DNA of 64,000 nucleotides from the human T2T-CHM13v2.0 reference genome, Homo sapiens, in contig CP068257.2 in the NCBI GenBank assembly GCA_009914755.4, positions 16,352,001 to 16,416,000 of the forward strand, written 5' to 3'. Below the pieces are notes generated by a model that ran no database searches, was not told where the DNA came from, and worked only from the letters and a program-made list of their open reading frames with translations. Positions 61,411 through 64,000 of this stretch are shown here, one piece after another; the first letter of the stretch is position 1, and every line of letters begins with the position of its first letter. The position numbers and the translations under genes are program-made.

Positions 61411-64000
61411 ATGCAAATGTGTAGCTGTGAGTATGGTTTTCCTGGTACAGGCTAATATTAAGCTGTTTTCTTCTTTGTGATTTTCAGTTTTTCAGAATTG
61501 CAGTAATTCTGCTATGTTTATACATCCATATATCTTTATCCATATATCCATGTATATATCCATATATCCATATACATATACAGAGAGAGAGGGAGGAAGA
61601 GATCACAGAGGCAGAAAACTTAACTAACTGATGTGTGATAGAGAACCTGTTCTAATAAAATATCAAATTCAAGACCACATGCAAATTCTACAAACATTTT
61701 TTTCTCCAATTTTTTATATGGCTTATGACTGTCATACCAACTTGGCCTTAGTACATTATCCATGTTTAAAGCTGGATGATGTAGTAAGTTAGATATAACA
61801 AAATACTATACAGCCTTAAGAAAGAAGGAAATCTTGTCATGGATGAACCTGGAGGACATTTGCTAAGTAAAATAAGACAGGCACAGAAGGATAAATACTG
61901 TATGATTTCACCTATATGTGGAATCTACAAATGTTAAATTCATAGAAGTAGAGAGTAGAATGGTAGTTACCAGGGCATAGGGTGTAAGGATGGATAAAAA
62001 GATGTTGGTCAAAGGGTATGAAGTTTCAGTGAGACAGGAGGAATATGTTTTTGAGATCTGGAGAGTGGAATTTTAAATGTTCCCATCACAATGCTGAGTG
62101 TGTGAGATGCTGGATATATTAATTCATTTGATCTAATCATTCCACTATGTATATCAAGACATCACATTGTGCCCCACAAATATATATATAATTTTTGTAT
62201 GTCAATTAAAAAGAGAAAAGAAAACCAGCCACTAATATCAAAACAATACTTGCTATGTCCCCGATTTCTTAACGAATTAGGCAACAAGCCTCTGTTTTTC
62301 CAGCTCATTTGTCCAGGGCTGTCACCATGACCATACTCCCAAGTAGGTGAGACTGGTCGTCCATTGATCACTCTTCTTTCACAGTTCATTGACCCTGTTT
62401 TAAATTTACTTTCTTCTCTATCCAGTTTAGATCCTAAAATCTATCCTTTTTATAACACTCAACAATAATAGACTGATTGTGGCATCTCTCCTCACTTTCC
62501 CTCCTTCCCATCCTTCCATTTTACTCACGGTGTTCCCTCCATTTCTTCATTTTGTTCTTGTTAGTTGGCAAATATGTAACTGGAACTGAAGAGCTTATAT
62601 AGAGAATTTAAATAGTAACGAAGAATGAAGAATTATGACAAAATGAACCCACCCTTATGTCCCCCTACTGAGGTTAAGAAACACCAATTCTCTTCCTCAA
62701 TTGTGTTTCCACTCTACCCTCTCCTGAGATTATCAATATCCTGACTTCGTATAAGTTATTTCCTTGCCTTTTAGTTTTGAAAACTGAGTAGCAAATGTGA
62801 ACCTGTATAAAGAAGGAGCAATCTTCCACTACTACAAAAAGCTTCCAAGTAAAAGATAGGTTGAACAGGGTTTGAGGTTCATAGTCTCATGCCTTTAGCT
62901 TCCTTGAGAACTACAGCAACCTCTCTTTGGAAAGTTAGCGACAGATCACGAGTAAAGTATGAGAAAAACAGGGCTCACCACAGTTAGCATATCCGGCAGG
63001 GCTAAAGTGTGGACTAGGTTCTATGTCTATGAAAAAAATGTGGTCAGAGAGAGTGGGGCATTGTGTTTTCTGCTTTTGAATTTCTGGTGTCATACCTGAA
63101 GCTCTCAGGGCTAAGTCAATACCAAGGTGGGGAAGAATGAACATCTTTATCTGGTCCACAGTGACAGAACATAGGGGGAGAGTAGAAATTTTATAGAATA
63201 TGTTCATAAGAATTCAAGTACCAAAAGATTCTTGGTCATCGTTACCTGAACATTCTATCCTTAGGTTAAAAAGACAGTTTAATGGTGACATGATGATATC
63301 TCTCTCTTTCTGTCTCTTTTTGTCATAATGTTTCAATTAGAATGATTGCTTTTTCTGCTGGATGTAGGGCTGGCATCTTAGGACCTTCCTTCCCATCTTC
63401 CCCAGAACTCTGATTTCTTTCCTGTCTTGAAGCACTATCTTAGATTTTTTTGGTTGTTTCTTGATAAAGGATTCATGGGAAGTAAAATATTTGAGACTCC
63501 TCATGTCTGAAGTTGTTTTTATTCAATCTCATACTTTAATGATCATTTGGAGGGATGTAGAAATATCACTGGCAGACCATTAACCTTCAGGATTTTGAAG
63601 GCATTTCTCCAGTGTTTATTGTTTCTTGTGTTGCTGTTTATCAAGTCATTTCAAATCTTGTTTATGTAGGTCACTTGATTTATTTATCTTTTAATAAAAG
63701 AGAAATAATTTTTTATCTTAAAATAAATTTTTATCTTAAAAATAAAGAATTATTTATCTTTTAATATCTTTTTGAAATTTGTAGAATCTTTTCTTTGTCC
63801 TCTGTGTTCTGAAAATTTACAATGATGTGCATTGGCATGGGCCTATTTTCCTTCTTTTTTTTTTTTTTGTGGTGAGTGGGGCATTCCCTAAGGTGTTATA
63901 ATTCAAAAACTTCTGTTCTTCAATTCTGGAAATATTGCTTCAGCTATATCATTAATAAGTTTCTGTTCTTTCCTTGGAGATCGTTTTGTTCCAAATGTGA

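Overview
This 64 kb window reads as primate (human-type) nuclear DNA, not a prokaryotic or phage locus. It is AT-rich and CpG-poor. It carries at least nine Alu SINEs (several near-consensus, with poly-A tails and target-site duplications), several L1 LINE fragments on both strands, many MaLR-type LTR elements (THE1/MST-like and older MLT1-like), MIR fragments and microsatellites. I found no supportable protein-coding gene, rRNA, tRNA, CRISPR array or operon-like system. The six-frame ORFs of 60-211 aa are the background expected in non-coding mammalian DNA, and most sit inside transposable elements. Examples are L1 ORF2 C-terminal remnants at 21618-21800 (+) and 58366-58632 (-), and paralogous ORF remnants inside three MaLR internal regions. 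The most organised structures are a full-length THE1-like MaLR element with a 5-bp TSD (4899-7191), a nested pair of MST-type MaLR elements (21867-26090), and an L1 3'-end fragment split by a solo THE1/MST LTR with both sets of TSDs intact (13127-13754). The findings also flag unclassified segments: a degenerate ~120-130 bp tandem periodicity at 1591-3240, a ~180 bp direct-repeat pair flanking 1.3 kb at 7866-9521, twin perfect hairpins at 7619-7670, and a GC-richer block at 30480-31010. All calls rest on by-eye similarity to repeat consensus sequences I know. Family and subfamily names are approximate and coordinates are +/- ~10 bp. I cannot exclude a short exon of a host gene; I see no conserved coding signature, but I cannot run a search.
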